64,000 nt of DNA from Eledone cirrhosa (Eukaryota). The position numbers were made by a program, and so were the translations under genes. The stretch spans positions 65,968,001-66,032,000 of the forward strand of contig OZ024744.1 in the NCBI GenBank assembly GCA_964016885.1, read 5' to 3'. The notes below the pieces were generated by a model. That model saw nothing but the letters and a program-made list of their open reading frames with translations, did not search any database and was not told where the DNA came from. Positions 36,401-49,700 of the stretch are shown here, one piece after another (position 1 is the stretch's first letter; every line of letters starts with the position of its first letter).

Positions 36401-37429
36401 CTATAGATGGTTTAAGGCAGGCGAGATAGATAGATAGGCAGGCAACGTTCTCAGAGAGAGACTATAAACGCCGATGAATATCAACTGAATTGTTTATTCC
36501 GAAGTACTTTCGCCCCAGGGACTTTGGGCGACGTCCAGAAATCCCCTACCCCACCCGACTTGGGAGTTAGTACCATGCCGATCCAGGATAAACTTTAATG
36601 TTCAAGGGAAATACCGCCAGCCGGAGACTGCTAGAGACGCGCGTGGGCAGAGCGAGGAAATCATTCTGCATTGCACTCGTTCAGCGTTCGAGCATTGCTG
36701 ACTTGTTGAGTTTTGTTGAACAGCTGTTGGTACTCTAGCGGAATCTGGATGACTAGTTAGAATTCCATACCTTTTCCACTGACAATTAATGGAAAATGTA
36801 ACAAGGTCGTTTTGAAACTGACACCTAATTTATGCTGTTGCATAATATGACGAAACAAAATTGCAACAGCAGCATTCCTGCAAGATATTGTTAAATTATT
36901 TAACTACAGTTAGAAATAAAAATAAAATGTATAGTTATTGTTTGGAGTGATTGTTAAAAATGGCATTTCTGATGAGTATTATGAATAAACATGAAATAAT
37001 TACTGCTATATGGTCAATATTTCCATTAGCTGAATAAATTATCCTCAGATGAATTAAAAAAAATCAACAATACAAACGAAAAAAAAAACAACAACAAAAA
37101 TACCAACATACTTTTATCAGGAGGGAAAAATAAAAGAAAGAAAATTAGTTGAAAGCAACGACATAAAAGACAAAGCAATTGTAAGTACAGAAAGAAGTAT
37201 TTAACAGTTCAAAATGGATGACGATGATGGTGATTTCTAACACAAACACAAATACACATGGCTGACATTTTTCTTTGTGCATTTGTGAATGTAAAGAGAA
37301 ATGGTGAAAAGAAAAGCTGATTTTGGAGGCATTTTTTTTCTGCCGATTCTACCATACACTGTCTTTAGAGAACATGTATGGTATGATATGGTCCCGTAAC
37401 TCCAGATAGAATCGGAAGGGCGCCGTATT

Positions 37430-37655
37430 GACATACGGTGTTTCTTGGGCATTTTAAGTCTGAGTACAGCAGATTTCTTCCAGAGAAAGATATATAAAAA
37501 GTGAGAGAGAGAGACAATGAGAAAGAGATATAGAGGAAGAATCAACTGGTACTTTTTTATTGGCCTCAAAAGGATGAAAGGCAAAGGATTTGAACTCAGG
37601 CAGCAGAAATGAATACCATAAATCATTCTATCCGACGTTCTTAACGACTCTGCCA
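37430..37655 (-). mobile_element. SINE subfamily with extended tail (homologous to 61495-61780)
   Basis: Shared TTTCTTGGG.ATTTTAAG..GTCTGAGTACAGCAGATTTCTTCCAGAGAAAGATA. Confidence 0.7.
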
Positions 37656-38189
37656 CGGTGAACATGTAGCTATGTTAATAAAAAATAACACAAAAACAAA
37701 AAGAAAAGTATCACGTTATAGGACCGAACCAGAAACTACTCGATTACGCAACTAACGTCTTAACGACAAAATGGGGATATTTAAAGGATAAGGATGTTGT
37801 GGGTGACTGCAACACCCCTGCACAGCATTGGACTTGGCAGAGTTTAATGAAAAAGGACAGCAATGTGTTCAGCTGTGGCAGAACCACATCTAGTCAAGCT
37901 TTGTAACTGGCGCTCTTGTGGACATGATAAGAAAAATAAAATACAAATATAAACAATAAAGCCATACCGACTCACAGGATGTAGGTTTTTTTTCTCATGA
38001 TCTACATTGCTTAGTTTTTGTGATCAGGCTAGAACCGGTGTTTTCAGCATATGGTTGGTAGTTGAAATATACTTCGAAGACCTCAACATTAAAAACGAGT
38101 GTATAGATGATTTCATTTTTCTCCAAGCATCTCGGGATTGTCAAGCTGACTCACTGACCTTCCATGCTTATATCCCTTCTTCTTTCACT

Positions 38190-38610
38190 CATCCCTGAGA
38201 GGGTGGTGGGGGCGAACAATTCAAACATCTTCCAGCGAGTCCTGTCAGAAGTAACCGTCTTCAAACGATCCAGCTAGATCTCCAAGCGTGACCAACCAAG
38301 CGCATAGATGTTATCCAGCCATCTTGCTCGAGGTCTACCCCTGGGTCTCTAGCCGGTTGGTTGTGCTCTTAAAATCTGTCCAGTGATTCTTTCCTGAGAC
38401 ATTCTAACCACATACCCGTAGTATCGGAGCTGTGATCTCTCAATACGGAGAAGTAGTGGTTCTACCTGGAGTGACTCTCTGTTCTCCGAGTTATACACTT
38501 TATCATTTAACGTTACTCTAAAGACCCTTCGGAGGAACCCCCCCCCCATTTCACTTGCTTGTATTCGTGATCATATTCTTTCGGTCATTACCCAAGATTC
38601 ATGACCATAA
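38190..38610 (-). mobile_element. RTE LINE 3' fragment, decayed
   Basis: YGHESWVMT..FLRRV..RESLQVEPLLLRIERSQLRYYGYVVRM..GRPRARWLD. Confidence 0.8.
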
Positions 38611-38956
38611 GTCCCGTTCTTGTAAGCATTCATAACCCCTAATTTAAAAGTCATTCAGAAAATACTTCCAGCGTATCTACATTGACTTATAGCATAGAGT
38701 ATATACAGGACATAGATGCTGAAACATTCCACTAAACCTCTATAGAATGTAAAGATTGCACCAACCTGTTGAGGGCTGTGAGTGTCATGCAACCCTCCAA
38801 ATTCCAAATGCTCAAACCCAGCCTGTGATTGACACTGAATGCTAGAATTATTTTCAGTCCTAGTGCATTTATGTTATTTATTTTATCGACCCAAGAGGGA
38901 CAACAGCAAAACCAATGAGTTCTAATTTGAACATAGATCATTATAAATGAGATATT

Positions 38957-40165
38957 GGTGGTGGATTGGCAGTATCGGTAGAGCGTCAGACAACATACTT
39001 TGCAGTAAATAGTTACGGCATTTTACGTTCTGAGTTCAAATCCCGTCGAGGTTAGCTTGGCTTTTCTTCTTTACGAGGTCGAAAATAATAAAGTACCAGT
39101 AATACACTGGGGTCGATTTAATCAATTTTCCCCTTGCCCCTAAAATGTTGACAATGTAGCTAAATCAGAAACCATTCATTACAATAGGAGATAAATATGA
39201 CGAGGTATTTTTACCAGCCACTCTACAGATTGTGCTATTCCACAATAAGGTACATGCCACAAGTTAATTATATTATTGGCAAAAAAAAAAAGAGAAATAC
39301 AAAACAAAAACAAAACCAACAAAAAACAAATGTTCAGATAAGAATAAAAAATAACAGAAAATGTAAAAACGAAAACAAAATATAACTTTAAATTATAACA
39401 AAGAAAAAAAGAAAGAAAAGAAAAACCCGGAGAGGAAACAGTACTCTTTGACCAATAACTCCACCCCCAATCCACTCTCACAAGACTAGACTAGATAGGA
39501 ATGGAGTCAGTCAGTGAGCATCAAAAGTCATATTTTACACAAATATTATCACCCAATAAAAGAACACAATTCATATACACCCTCGTCACCCTATACTATC
39601 ACACACATATACACACACGTACGTACGTAAAACTATTCCGCCAATCCACCGTATTTACGTTCTTAATAATAGTTGAGCAGTCTTTTTATCTTTATCGTTA
39701 TTAATGTTGAAACACAGAGAGAAAGAGGTTCGCATAAATATAAACATTCGGAAGGAAATGGTGGAAAAGCTTCCATGTTTATTTCAGACATTATTAGAAA
39801 CCATGCTTTGTAGCATAATGTTATGTCCTTGTACGTTATGAGTTCAAATCCCACCGAGGTTAGCTTTGACTTTCATCCTTACAGGATCAATAAAATAAAG
39901 TACCAAGAATGCACTGAGCTCAATTTAATCGACCCCCCCCCCCAAAAAAAAAGTTAGCCTTATGCCTATATTAGAAATTCTGGTTTCACATTCAGCCAAA
40001 TAATGGTTTCTAATTTAGGTACAAGGCCAGCAAGTTTCTTTGGGGGTGGGGGGTCACTTAAATCGACTCTAGTACTGAACTGGTACTGTATTTCATCAAC
40101 TCCCACCTACCTCCAGAAAGCTGAAATATAAAATTGACCTCGGCGCGATTGGAACTCAGAACGTG
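38957..40165. mobile_element. Three dominant-family SINEs (38957-39175 +, 39765-39980 +, 40000-40165 -)
   Basis: Family body in each. Confidence 0.75.
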
Positions 40166-40619
40166 ATGCTCACGTGACTAGCCAGCTAAATAACATTTCC
40201 ATTTACTTTTGAAAATTAAAGTTTGAAACTTTAATGTTGATGAGAGGTCATTAAATTCGTCTTGAACCTCACAGGAAAAATGTTTCAGTTGTATCATTGA
40301 TAAAATAAATAGGATTTTTTTGTCTGCGGGGCACAGCCCCAACATCGCCGCCCCATAGGCCTAGAACCCATCACCCTCCCTCTTCCCCATCCCCATTCTT
40401 CTGGGACTCCAGAGACCTTACCCTTCCCTTCATTTTCCGTTTTTAAATATCTATATTGCTGTTGTTATTAGAAATACATTTGTTTACGATTTTTTTGATT
40501 TTTATCAATAAAACATATTTAGCTGAAAAAGAAAAAAAATTACAATTCTATATGTCGGCTTGAAAATATTTACAGATCTATTTTTCAATACATACCCAAA
40601 GTTCGATTATGATCTGCTC

Positions 40620-41120
40620 AATCGAATTACAAATCAAGATATTTTCATAGACAAAACACTTCAGATTTTCTTTTCAAAATGAACATGTTTGTGTTCTTCC
40701 CCAGTAGTGTTATATTGAGTTTATTAAGTTTCTCAAATATATTTGACAAATAGCAACAGCAACATTTGTAAAGACAATTTTCATGATGAAAGAATTCTGC
40801 AAGGCTTGAATTATTTTCTGATAAAAACGACATTATTTCGCTCTTTAAGTCTACCGGTTGCATCAAAGCTTGTCTCTTTGACATGATAGTCATTGCCCTT
40901 CTGTATGCAGTAAAAGTTTTGCTGAACTATGGCCCCATATATTGTAGATTTGTGAATAGATAGCTAACAATGTATGACTTTTAAAGAAGTTGGTTTTAAT
41001 AGCATTTTGTATTGCTTACACTTATTTGTAAAGAAATTGTTTGAATCACTAACGTATCTCCATAAATCACGCAATAAGCGAATATAGATGGTATATAACT
41101 TGTAGATTTAACTTTAGCTT
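40620..41120 (-). pseudogene. hAT (Buster/Charlie, ZBED5/8-like) transposase remnant
   Basis: ..LLLHTEGQ*LS.. and YLSNIFEKLNKLNITLLGK match LLLHTEVRWLS and YLADIFxxLNxLNLxLQG. Confidence 0.7.
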
Positions 41121-41199
41121 GAAATCTTGCGTCATTCCCGTCAATGTTGCTGCGCACCGTTATATGCAGCAAAAAGGTTAGTTAATTCTAGAGTTCTTA

Positions 41200-41385
41200 T
41201 TCTTCTTCTTCTCCCACTTATTCCCGAGAGGGTAGTGGGGGCAGAGTCTTCAAACATTCCTTCAAGCAGTTCCTGTCAGAAGCAACCGTCTCCAACTGAT
41301 CTCCCTGGGTCTCCTACCAGTTGGTTTCGCCCGTAAAATCTGTTCAGCGATTCTTTCCTGAGACATTCTAACCACATGTCCAGAA
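41200..41385 (-). mobile_element. RTE LINE 3' end remnant (family of 38190)
   Basis: Shares GATTCTTTCCTGAGACATTCTAACCACAT and GAGAGGGT.GTGGGGGC with 38190-38415. Confidence 0.7.
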
Positions 41386-41459
41386 TTCTTAAAAAAAAAA
41401 AGGAAATGCTCTTCTTCGAAGAAAACACCACATGATCAATGTCTATCTAATGATAGAGA

Positions 41460-41624
41460 CAGACCTGTCAACTCTTCCCGTTGGGTGAGATATGTCTTCT
41501 CTTGTGAAAATGGGTATAGCTTTCATTGTGTAAAATCTCCCCATTTTGCCCCATTTCTCCCCGTTTTGGGTCACTTCTTTTTCATAGTACTCCCCGTTTG
41601 GGTTTTTAGAGGTTGGCAGGTCTG
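41460..41624 (-). mobile_element. hAT-like MITE (family of 16132)
   Basis: CAGACCTGTCAAC..GTTGGCAGGTCTG. Confidence 0.8.
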
Positions 41625-42626
41625 AAGAGAAAGCATGAAGTCCTATATCAATAGCTGAGCCACATTGGTAATGTTAGTCGATTCATTTTATTGAATTGCA
41701 AATTTAATACTTCGTTTGATTCTTTCAATAAGTTGCACAAATTAGTTAATTTTCAATTTCTGCTATTCTCTTATGTATTATACTATTTGATTATAGAATT
41801 TCTCTATTATTTTGTCTACATAAGTTTTTCTTAATAGTTTATGTGATTTTTTTTTTTTACCTGCAGCTATCGACACAAGTTCTTCGTTAAATGTATATAG
41901 TTTCCTAGCTCTTGTAATTACGGGGATTTATGTGATGTTCTTAGTTATTTTTCTTGAGCCAGTGTATGTTTCTTTTAAAAAAAATATTTTTATACTTTCG
42001 CAGATTCTAGTAATTATAAGAAAAAAAAAAAAAGAAAGAAAAAACACACAAAAAGAACCCAACAAAATACACGCACACACACAAAATACGCCCTCCTCCC
42101 ACCAAAAAACCGTAAAGATTTGCCTTCATCGGAAACATGTCTAGTATGAAGATGTATTTTTAATTTAGCAGGCTTCGTATTTTCATTCACGAAATATTTA
42201 TTACAAATTAATCAGACTTTACGGTGCTCTTCATGCCTAAGAGCTAAAGTAATTTTCCTAAAATCGCTGATCGTTCTACTTCTATTTTTGCTATAGTTTT
42301 TTTTTACCACTTTCCGGTACATGCTAATACATCCAAATTCTGCAGGAACTATTACTTCAGCATACTTTTCTACTATTTATTAGTTCACGCGTTTGGAGTG
42401 GAAGTGTTTAAGACGTTTACTAATATTTTGAAAATAATTAAATAAAAAACTTAAAACATAACCGGTGTAAGTCAGTCAAGACGAATTTAAGTATACAAAT
42501 TGTATCATTTCCTATAAAATTTTGTATATTTTTATGAAATCTCTGAAGATACAGGATTGAGAGAAATTAAGGGTTAAATGTGAGTTTCTGGAGTCAATGT
42601 TAAAATTCTATTATATAGAAACATCA

Positions 42627-42815
42627 GGGCGGTAGATTGGAAGTATCAGTAGAGAGTCGGACGCCATACTTTGCAGCATAGAGTTACGCCCCTTTACAGT
42701 CTGAGTTCAAATCTCGCCGAGGTTAGCTTTGCCTTTTATCCTTACGGAGTCGATAAAATAAAGTACCAGTAATACACTGGATTAATTGCTGGCCTTGTGC
42801 CAAAAGTAGAAACAA
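42627..42815 (+). mobile_element. tRNA-derived SINE, dominant family
   Basis: Full head, body and tail. Confidence 0.88.
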
Positions 42816-42917
42816 TTTAGAAACATCTCTGTTTATTTGAAAGTAGGGAGCGTAGATACTGTCATATCGACTGAATAGAAGTAAACATGCATACACAATT
42901 ACACCAGGTGCACAATT

Positions 42918-43440
42918 ATACAGAGGAGCCGAAATCCCACTGTCATCGCCTCCATCTCTCTCGGCCTCCCCCATCCGGTCCGAATACAGAGGAGCCGAAA
43001 TCCCACTGTCATCGCCTCCATCTCACTCGCCCTCTCCCATCCGGTCCGAATACAGAGGAGCCGAAATCCCACTGTCATCGCCTCCATCTCTCTCGGCCTC
43101 CCCCATCCGGTCCGAATACAGAGGAGCCGAAATCCCACTGTCATCGCCTCCATCTCTCTCGGCCTCCCCCATCCGGTCCGAATACAGAGGAGCCGAAATC
43201 CCACTGTCATCGCCTCCATCTCTCTCGCCCTCTCCCATCCGGTCCGAATACAGAGGAGCCGAAATCCCACTGTCATCGCCTCCATCTCTCTCGGCCTCCC
43301 CCATCCGGTCCGAATACAGAGGAGCCGAAATCCCACTGTCATCGCCCTCCATCTCACTCGCCCTCTCCCACCCGGTCCGAATACAGAGGAGCCGAAATCC
43401 CACTGTCATCGCCCTCCATCTCTCTCGCCCTTCCCATCTC
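42918..43440 (+). repeat. 66-bp GC-rich minisatellite, about 8 copies
   Basis: ATACAGAGGAGCCGAAATCCCACTGTCATCGCCTCCATCTC.. repeated every 66-67 bp. Confidence 0.95.
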
Positions 43441-43694
43441 TCACTATTATGAACAAATGAGGCCCCACGTGCTGGCCTCCCCACATCCCCGGCGGACAGA
43501 ATGGAGAAGGCGTTTCCCCGGAGGATGGTGATGGAGACGCGCTAATTGAGTTTGAGTAATTTTTTTTTACATCGACAGTAAAGTTAAGAGATTAACACGG
43601 ACAGAAACCACTGACAAGGAAACAAGAAACTTTTCATTACTAATCACCAGACTACTCACCGATGGACATCATCGCATTTTCACACACACACATA

Positions 43695-43883
43695 CGAGGG
43701 TAGGCTGAAAAGTTCATAGGCTGACTATAAAGGAGTGATGCTAGACCTGTGAAATCTTGCATGCATTAATTTCAAGTGCATTGGTTTTCTTTTTCATCTA
43801 GGGATTATGTTGAAAAATAAACCTCATTTGGTCATTCCATGAGAGTATCTTGGTTAGTCCATGAATTTTTAAACCGACCCTTG

Positions 43884-43884
<1 letters not shown>
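43695..43884. mobile_element. Mariner-like MITE
   Basis: TA-CGAGGGTAGGCTGAAAAGTTCAT..ATGAATTTTTAAACCGACCCTTG-TA. Confidence 0.65.
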
Positions 43885-43969
<85 letters not shown>

Positions 43970-43972
<3 letters not shown>

Positions 43973-44118
43973 GAACACCGGAAGGTAATATCCGTAGTGG
44001 TAGAGCACTCAGTCCATGGGACGAGTTAGGTAGAAGTGGTTACACAACAGTTAGTTCAGCATACCGAGAACAATTGTTTCATCTTACCGGATCCTCAGCT
44101 CGTAATGGACATGGTTAT
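43970..44118 (-). mobile_element. Solo pLTR fragment of the 25385-27270 Penelope family with HHR (44064-44102)
   Basis: Near-identical to 25388-25538; in (TA)n. Confidence 0.85.
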
Positions 44119-44127
44119 ATATATATA

Positions 44128-44450
<323 letters not shown>

Positions 44451-44483
44451 GTATAATGTATAATAAACAATACAATATAATTA

Positions 44484-44551
44484 CCTCATTACCAGAGGTT
44501 TCCCGAATAAGACAAATACGAAGAACGTCCTCATTCGTTCGTCGGACAAGG
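44484..44551 (-). ncRNA. Hammerhead ribozyme, U4C variant, related to family C
   Basis: Minus strand CCTTGT-CCGACGA-acgaatgaggac..gtcttattcgg-GAAA-CCTCTGG-TA-ATGAGG. Confidence 0.6.
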
Positions 44552-45030
44552 CAATTTAAAACATAGTGAAATATTTGGAAAGTCTCCTCAAGAAATGCGA
44601 AAAATATATAAATAAAAATAATGCAAGAGATATTAAAAGAATATATAAAAGAATATATAAAAAATATATAAAAAAATATAAGGAAATATAGTTAGGGTAT
44701 GTGTATGTATATACACTCACAAATGTACATATGTGTGTATGTACAAATGCATGTGTATGGTGAAAATGTGTGCGTAAGTACATATATGAGGGCAAGTATA
44801 TTTGTGTATATGTGACCACAAGAAATTGTATGATAATATAGTTGATAATATAGTTGACACGCATCCAGATACAGGTACTAAATACACATACAAGTATGAA
44901 AGCACGCGTATACGCACACGCGCGGTCACTTATATGCGGAAGATAAAGAGGGAAGGGAGTGTAATAGTAAAAAGTAGTGTCTTTCTCGATATATGTATAA
45001 AAATGAAACAAAATATGAGATTGAAAAATT

Positions 45031-45074
<44 letters not shown>

Positions 45075-45090
45075 AATTTATATATATATA

Positions 45091-45142
<52 letters not shown>

Positions 45143-45335
45143 TATATATATATATACAGTATATATATATATATATATATATACAGTATATATATATACA
45201 GTATATATATATATATATATATATACAGTATATATATATATATATATATATACAGTATATATATATATATATATATATACAGTATATATATATATATATA
45301 TATATACAGTATATATATATATATATATATATACA

Positions 45336-45406
<71 letters not shown>

Positions 45407-45408
<2 letters not shown>

Positions 45409-45645
45409 CGAAGGAAATGTGGTAAGGAACCAGGTGGACCATAACGCACCAAAGTACTCAATACTTAGGGTAGTAGAGTGGGTAATAGGAACGAGTAGGA
45501 CCCCGACGGCTGAGCTCAAGCCGTTTCGACGGTTAATTCTGGACTAAAATCATTTTAGTCCAGAATTAGCCGTCTAAAATCATTTTAGTCCAGAATTAGC
45601 CGTCGAAACGGCTTGAGCTCAGCCGTCGGGGTCCTACTCGTTCCT
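45407..45645. mobile_element. Fold-back HHR-half element, family B copy 3
   Basis: Inverted arms with a 30-bp tandem duplication at the centre (~45545-45604). Confidence 0.75.
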
Positions 45646-45682
45646 ATATATATATATATATATATATACAGTGTATATACAG

Positions 45683-45713
<31 letters not shown>

Positions 45714-46199
45714 TATATATATATATATATATATATAATAATTATTATTATTTCTTTATTGGTCTCTAAGCCGAAACATAAAGGACATCACAATGTATAT
45801 GTCAGCGTGATTATTTTTGTTGATATAGCTGATGTTGTTGTTGACATTATCATTTATGTTTGAAGTGACATTGTGTGTGTATATGTGGGTGTGCGTGTGT
45901 GTGCGGTGGGGGAGGCTAGCTATAAAAATATTGTTTTTTCTTTGTGTGTGTGTGGATCTGTATCCAATGTTAAATCGTGACGTGCTGTATTACATTAAAC
46001 CACGTTAGCAAGACATTCTTGAAAAGTAGAAAATAGTACTATGACTGCATCACATTAAACATTTTAAATCAACACTTTAGCTATTTTGCAAATTTTATGC
46101 AACGATCTGTCCACTCGTAAAGATACTATAAACGTTTGAATTAACAAATTTGATTCTAAATATTTTCCGCTAAATCATTACAGGATGTTAAAAGTTATT

Positions 46200-46795
46200 A
46201 TTTTGCTGTGCGACCAGCCACTCAGCCACACCAAACCGCTTTCGTCCGCAGCATTTAACAGCTGAAGCAGAGACTGCCGAGCTGAACAGTCTCCACTATA
46301 TCAACGGCATCCGATGCTTCGGTGATTTGCCTGAATTTGGATTCAATCGTATCCGTATACCTGGTCCTGACTTTCTTATCTGCCAGTGCTTCCCACTTTA
46401 TCTTGTAGATCGAGATGGACCTGCAAGTTTTGTGGGCTCTCTTGCCTTTAAGTAGTCGCAGGCTGCAGATAACTAGATGGTGATCAGTTGACAGCTCAGC
46501 CCATTCTCTTAACACGAACATCCAGTACAAAATCGAAGAGTTGAGAGAAACTAACAGAATCAATTATTGATCTCTGTCTCCGATTTCTCTTATACCAAGT
46601 GCCTTGCAAGTAACGTTACTCGATAGAACGCGCAGCTCGGAGATCAGAGAGTCGCTTCAGGTAGAGGTGCTATTTCTCTGAATTGAGAGATCACAGGTCC
46701 AATATTACGGAGATTTTGTCAGAATGTCTTAGGAAAGAATCACTGGAAAGATTTTATGAGCAAAACCAACCAGCAGTGGCCTCAGGGGTAGATTC
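46200..46795. mobile_element. RTE LINE remnants in opposite orientations: APE (-, 46200-46595) and 3' end (+, 46600-46795)
   Basis: AELSTDHHLVICSLRL on -; SSEIRESLQVE..IERSQ..RM on +. Confidence 0.7.
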
Positions 46796-49700
46796 CGAGA
46801 CATTCCAGCTTCCAAGCGCTATCCCTCGGCCTTTTCCTGATCCAGGACTGCAGCTCCGTCAAGGAGACGAGCTGGGGAAAAACGCGTCTGGCAAACGGTG
46901 ACCACACCTGTTCACCGTCAAGGAAGCACCAAAGATGTCGCAGCCTCAACGCATGTTTGCGCATCATCAGCCACGGCATGCCTAGTCATCCACGCAACGG
47001 GTGTTGACAGAAGAAGAATCGTCTGACCATAGGAGCGCGTCCCTTCTACAAAAAGTGGAAGAGAAGGCGCTCCATCTTGGTCAGAGTTGGACGAGGCAAG
47101 GTACGACAGTCAGGCGGTAGCAGATGACGGACGCGATGTACGCATTCGCCACCTCCGCCTGACCTTTCAGAGACAGCCTCCTCTCGGCCCATTTCTGGGT
47201 GAGAGAGACCACCCTGCTCGTCACCTCACTCCAGTTTTTCTCCATCTGGAGGTCCGGACCGAACCAGACCCCGAGAAATTTAACCGGTCCTTCCGTCCAG
47301 CGCCCCACGACGCTGTCGGACGGCATGGACTTGCCTCTCCAGGTGCTGAGCTGCAAGCCCACCGACTTTTCCTAGTTTATCTTTGCTCCTGTCACCGCTT
47401 CATATTCCTTGAGAGCGGCGCCGAGCATCTGGACGTGTTTGGTGTTCGACACCACCACGGTGACGTCGTCGGCGTAAGCTGACACGGATCTCCCGCGTCC
47501 CAGTTCGCGAGGGACCCCCCTCATCGTCTCCAATTTGTGTAGTAACGGCTCGAGGGCCAGTACGTACAAGAGGGACGAGAGGGTGCAACCCTGGCGGATC
47601 GAGCGCATGATGCTGAACGGCTGCGACAGGTGACCATTCACCCTCACAATCGAGCAGATGTCGTTGTGCATCGCAGCGATCCAGCCCCTAAAAACGGGTC
47701 CGAAGCCGGCCGCCAGGTACCGAGAGTCGACCCTATCAAATGCTTTAGATTGATCCAAGTTGATCAGGGCCCCACCCGTGCCAGGTTCCTTAACCACCCT
47801 ATCTATGATGTATCGCAGGAGATGGAAGTTGTCGTGGATGGATCTGTCCGGAATGGCGTTTGTCTCTGCTTCTACCACCAGATCACCGCCGACAAGCGCC
47901 AATCTCTTTGCTAACACCTTGGCCAAAATTTTAAACTCTGCGTTTAGCAGAGTTATGGGCCTGAAGTTGTCTAAAACGTCTCCCTTGTTCGGGTCTTTTC
48001 TCAGCAGCGCCTCCGCTCCCCGGCTTACAAAACTGGGAATGCCCCCGTTCTGCTGCCAGTTGCAGTAGACATCTGCCAAGAGGTCGCCGAACAAGTCTGG
48101 CATATACGCATAAAGCTCGTAGGGCTTTATGGCGATTTACCCCTCGTGCAGTCAGACATCGCTTTCCGTATTTCGCCAGCTGGTATCGGCTTTTCGCAGC
48201 ACTGCGCTGCGGTCGTCGAGAGCCGCGGCAGTCCGTCGAGGTATGCACCGAAATCCATTCTCTGATGTGGCCCTCCGCCGCTCCCGAACAATTGAGCAAA
48301 GTGCTGTTAAAAAGCCGAACACATCTGCTCGGGTCGAGCAACATGCACCCGTTTTGATCAGGCAAAGACCGAATTGTGGACTTATTGCCACATTGCGCCT
48401 CCACTACCCGGGCTCATTGAACGGTTTTCGTCCCCTCGTGTCTTAGAGCACGCGCTCTAGCTCTGACAACGAGCATTCATGCTTTGCGTTGAAGAATTGG
48501 TCGAGTGCCAATCTCACCGCAAGCAAGTCGGTTGCGATGCCTGTCCTAAACGCCTCTTCTAGCTTTCTAACTCTCCCTCTACTCTATTTTCCTCTATCAC
48601 TACTCCTTTGCTAAACCTTATCGATTCTACTCTAGTAGCCCTTTTCAGGGTAAACCACCACCTGTTGTTGACGATCGCACCCGTCAACGCACGTTTAACT
48701 AATTCGCTAATCCGGTCTCTGTAAGCTTTGCGCGCCAGGAACGACGCGTTCAGCTTCCAGTAGCCGGGCCCTTGCCTATGGAGTCTATCTAAGTCAACTT
48801 CACTGATCACAAATTTGTGGTCCGTGTAGTCGACTACTTTAAATTGTGGACAACCTACACTAGCCTTATCTATTTCCCTACAGAATACCCTATCTAAATA
48901 CGATCTGGATGACCCGATGTGGTTTGCCCATGTCCACATTGGCACATTCGGATAATCCAGTCTATACCTGTCAGACAGTTCAAAACGTCTGAGCTAGTTG
49001 TTGAGGCTTTTACACCCTCCTGTCCTGTCTACTAGCCCCACATAATCCCAAGTACAGCCATGTTGGATGAGAAACGGGGTAAGTGAGAAAGGATCACTTA
49101 CCTTGATCGTGTGGTGAAGGGACAGTAGAACCGTCCCTTTGGCTGGTCATGGGTGTTTCCAAGAGGATGTCGGTGTATATCCTCTTGGTAACCGACCCTC
49201 TGAAGTCTTCAACTGCGTTGGGGAATTTTTCTTTTAAAAGTTTGTACTGTCTATTTTGATTTCAATGATGCTTATGTTTTTCGGGAGAGTTCTTAGTGTT
49301 GGTGGGGTGTAGTAGTTTTTTTCTGTGATGTCTGTGTGCTGCTTTATATGTTGTAAGAGTTCTTTATTTGCCATGTTATGGCTGTGTACTTTTTGGCGGG
49401 AAGAGTGATTTTGTTGCTGTTTTCTTGTTGTTGTTGGGTGTGTGTGTTTTGTTGTGTTTGCAATGTTGGTGTTGGTGGTGATGCTTGTGGTAGTGATGGT
49501 GGTGGTGTTGCTGCAAGTCTCCTTGCAGCCTGTACCCCTCTTTGTTTACCTTCGCTTTTAGAGGGTGAAGCTAAGGGTAGTTTTCTTTTTTGTTTTTTTT
49601 TGTGGCAGATCGTTTGCCACTTCCCTCCCGCCTCATACTCCATGTCAGATTCCGTGGCGTCTGGGATGGGTATGAGCTCCACTGCTGTTGGTGGTGGAGC

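Noticed and set aside
36600-36775. Candidate minus-strand exon in unique GC-richer DNA
   Set aside because: The frame I read hits a stop and shows no kinesin similarity
42918-43440. Regularly spaced repeats resembling a CRISPR array (also 34930-35362)
   Set aside because: No unique spacers, no cas genes, eukaryotic context; these are tandem minisatellites
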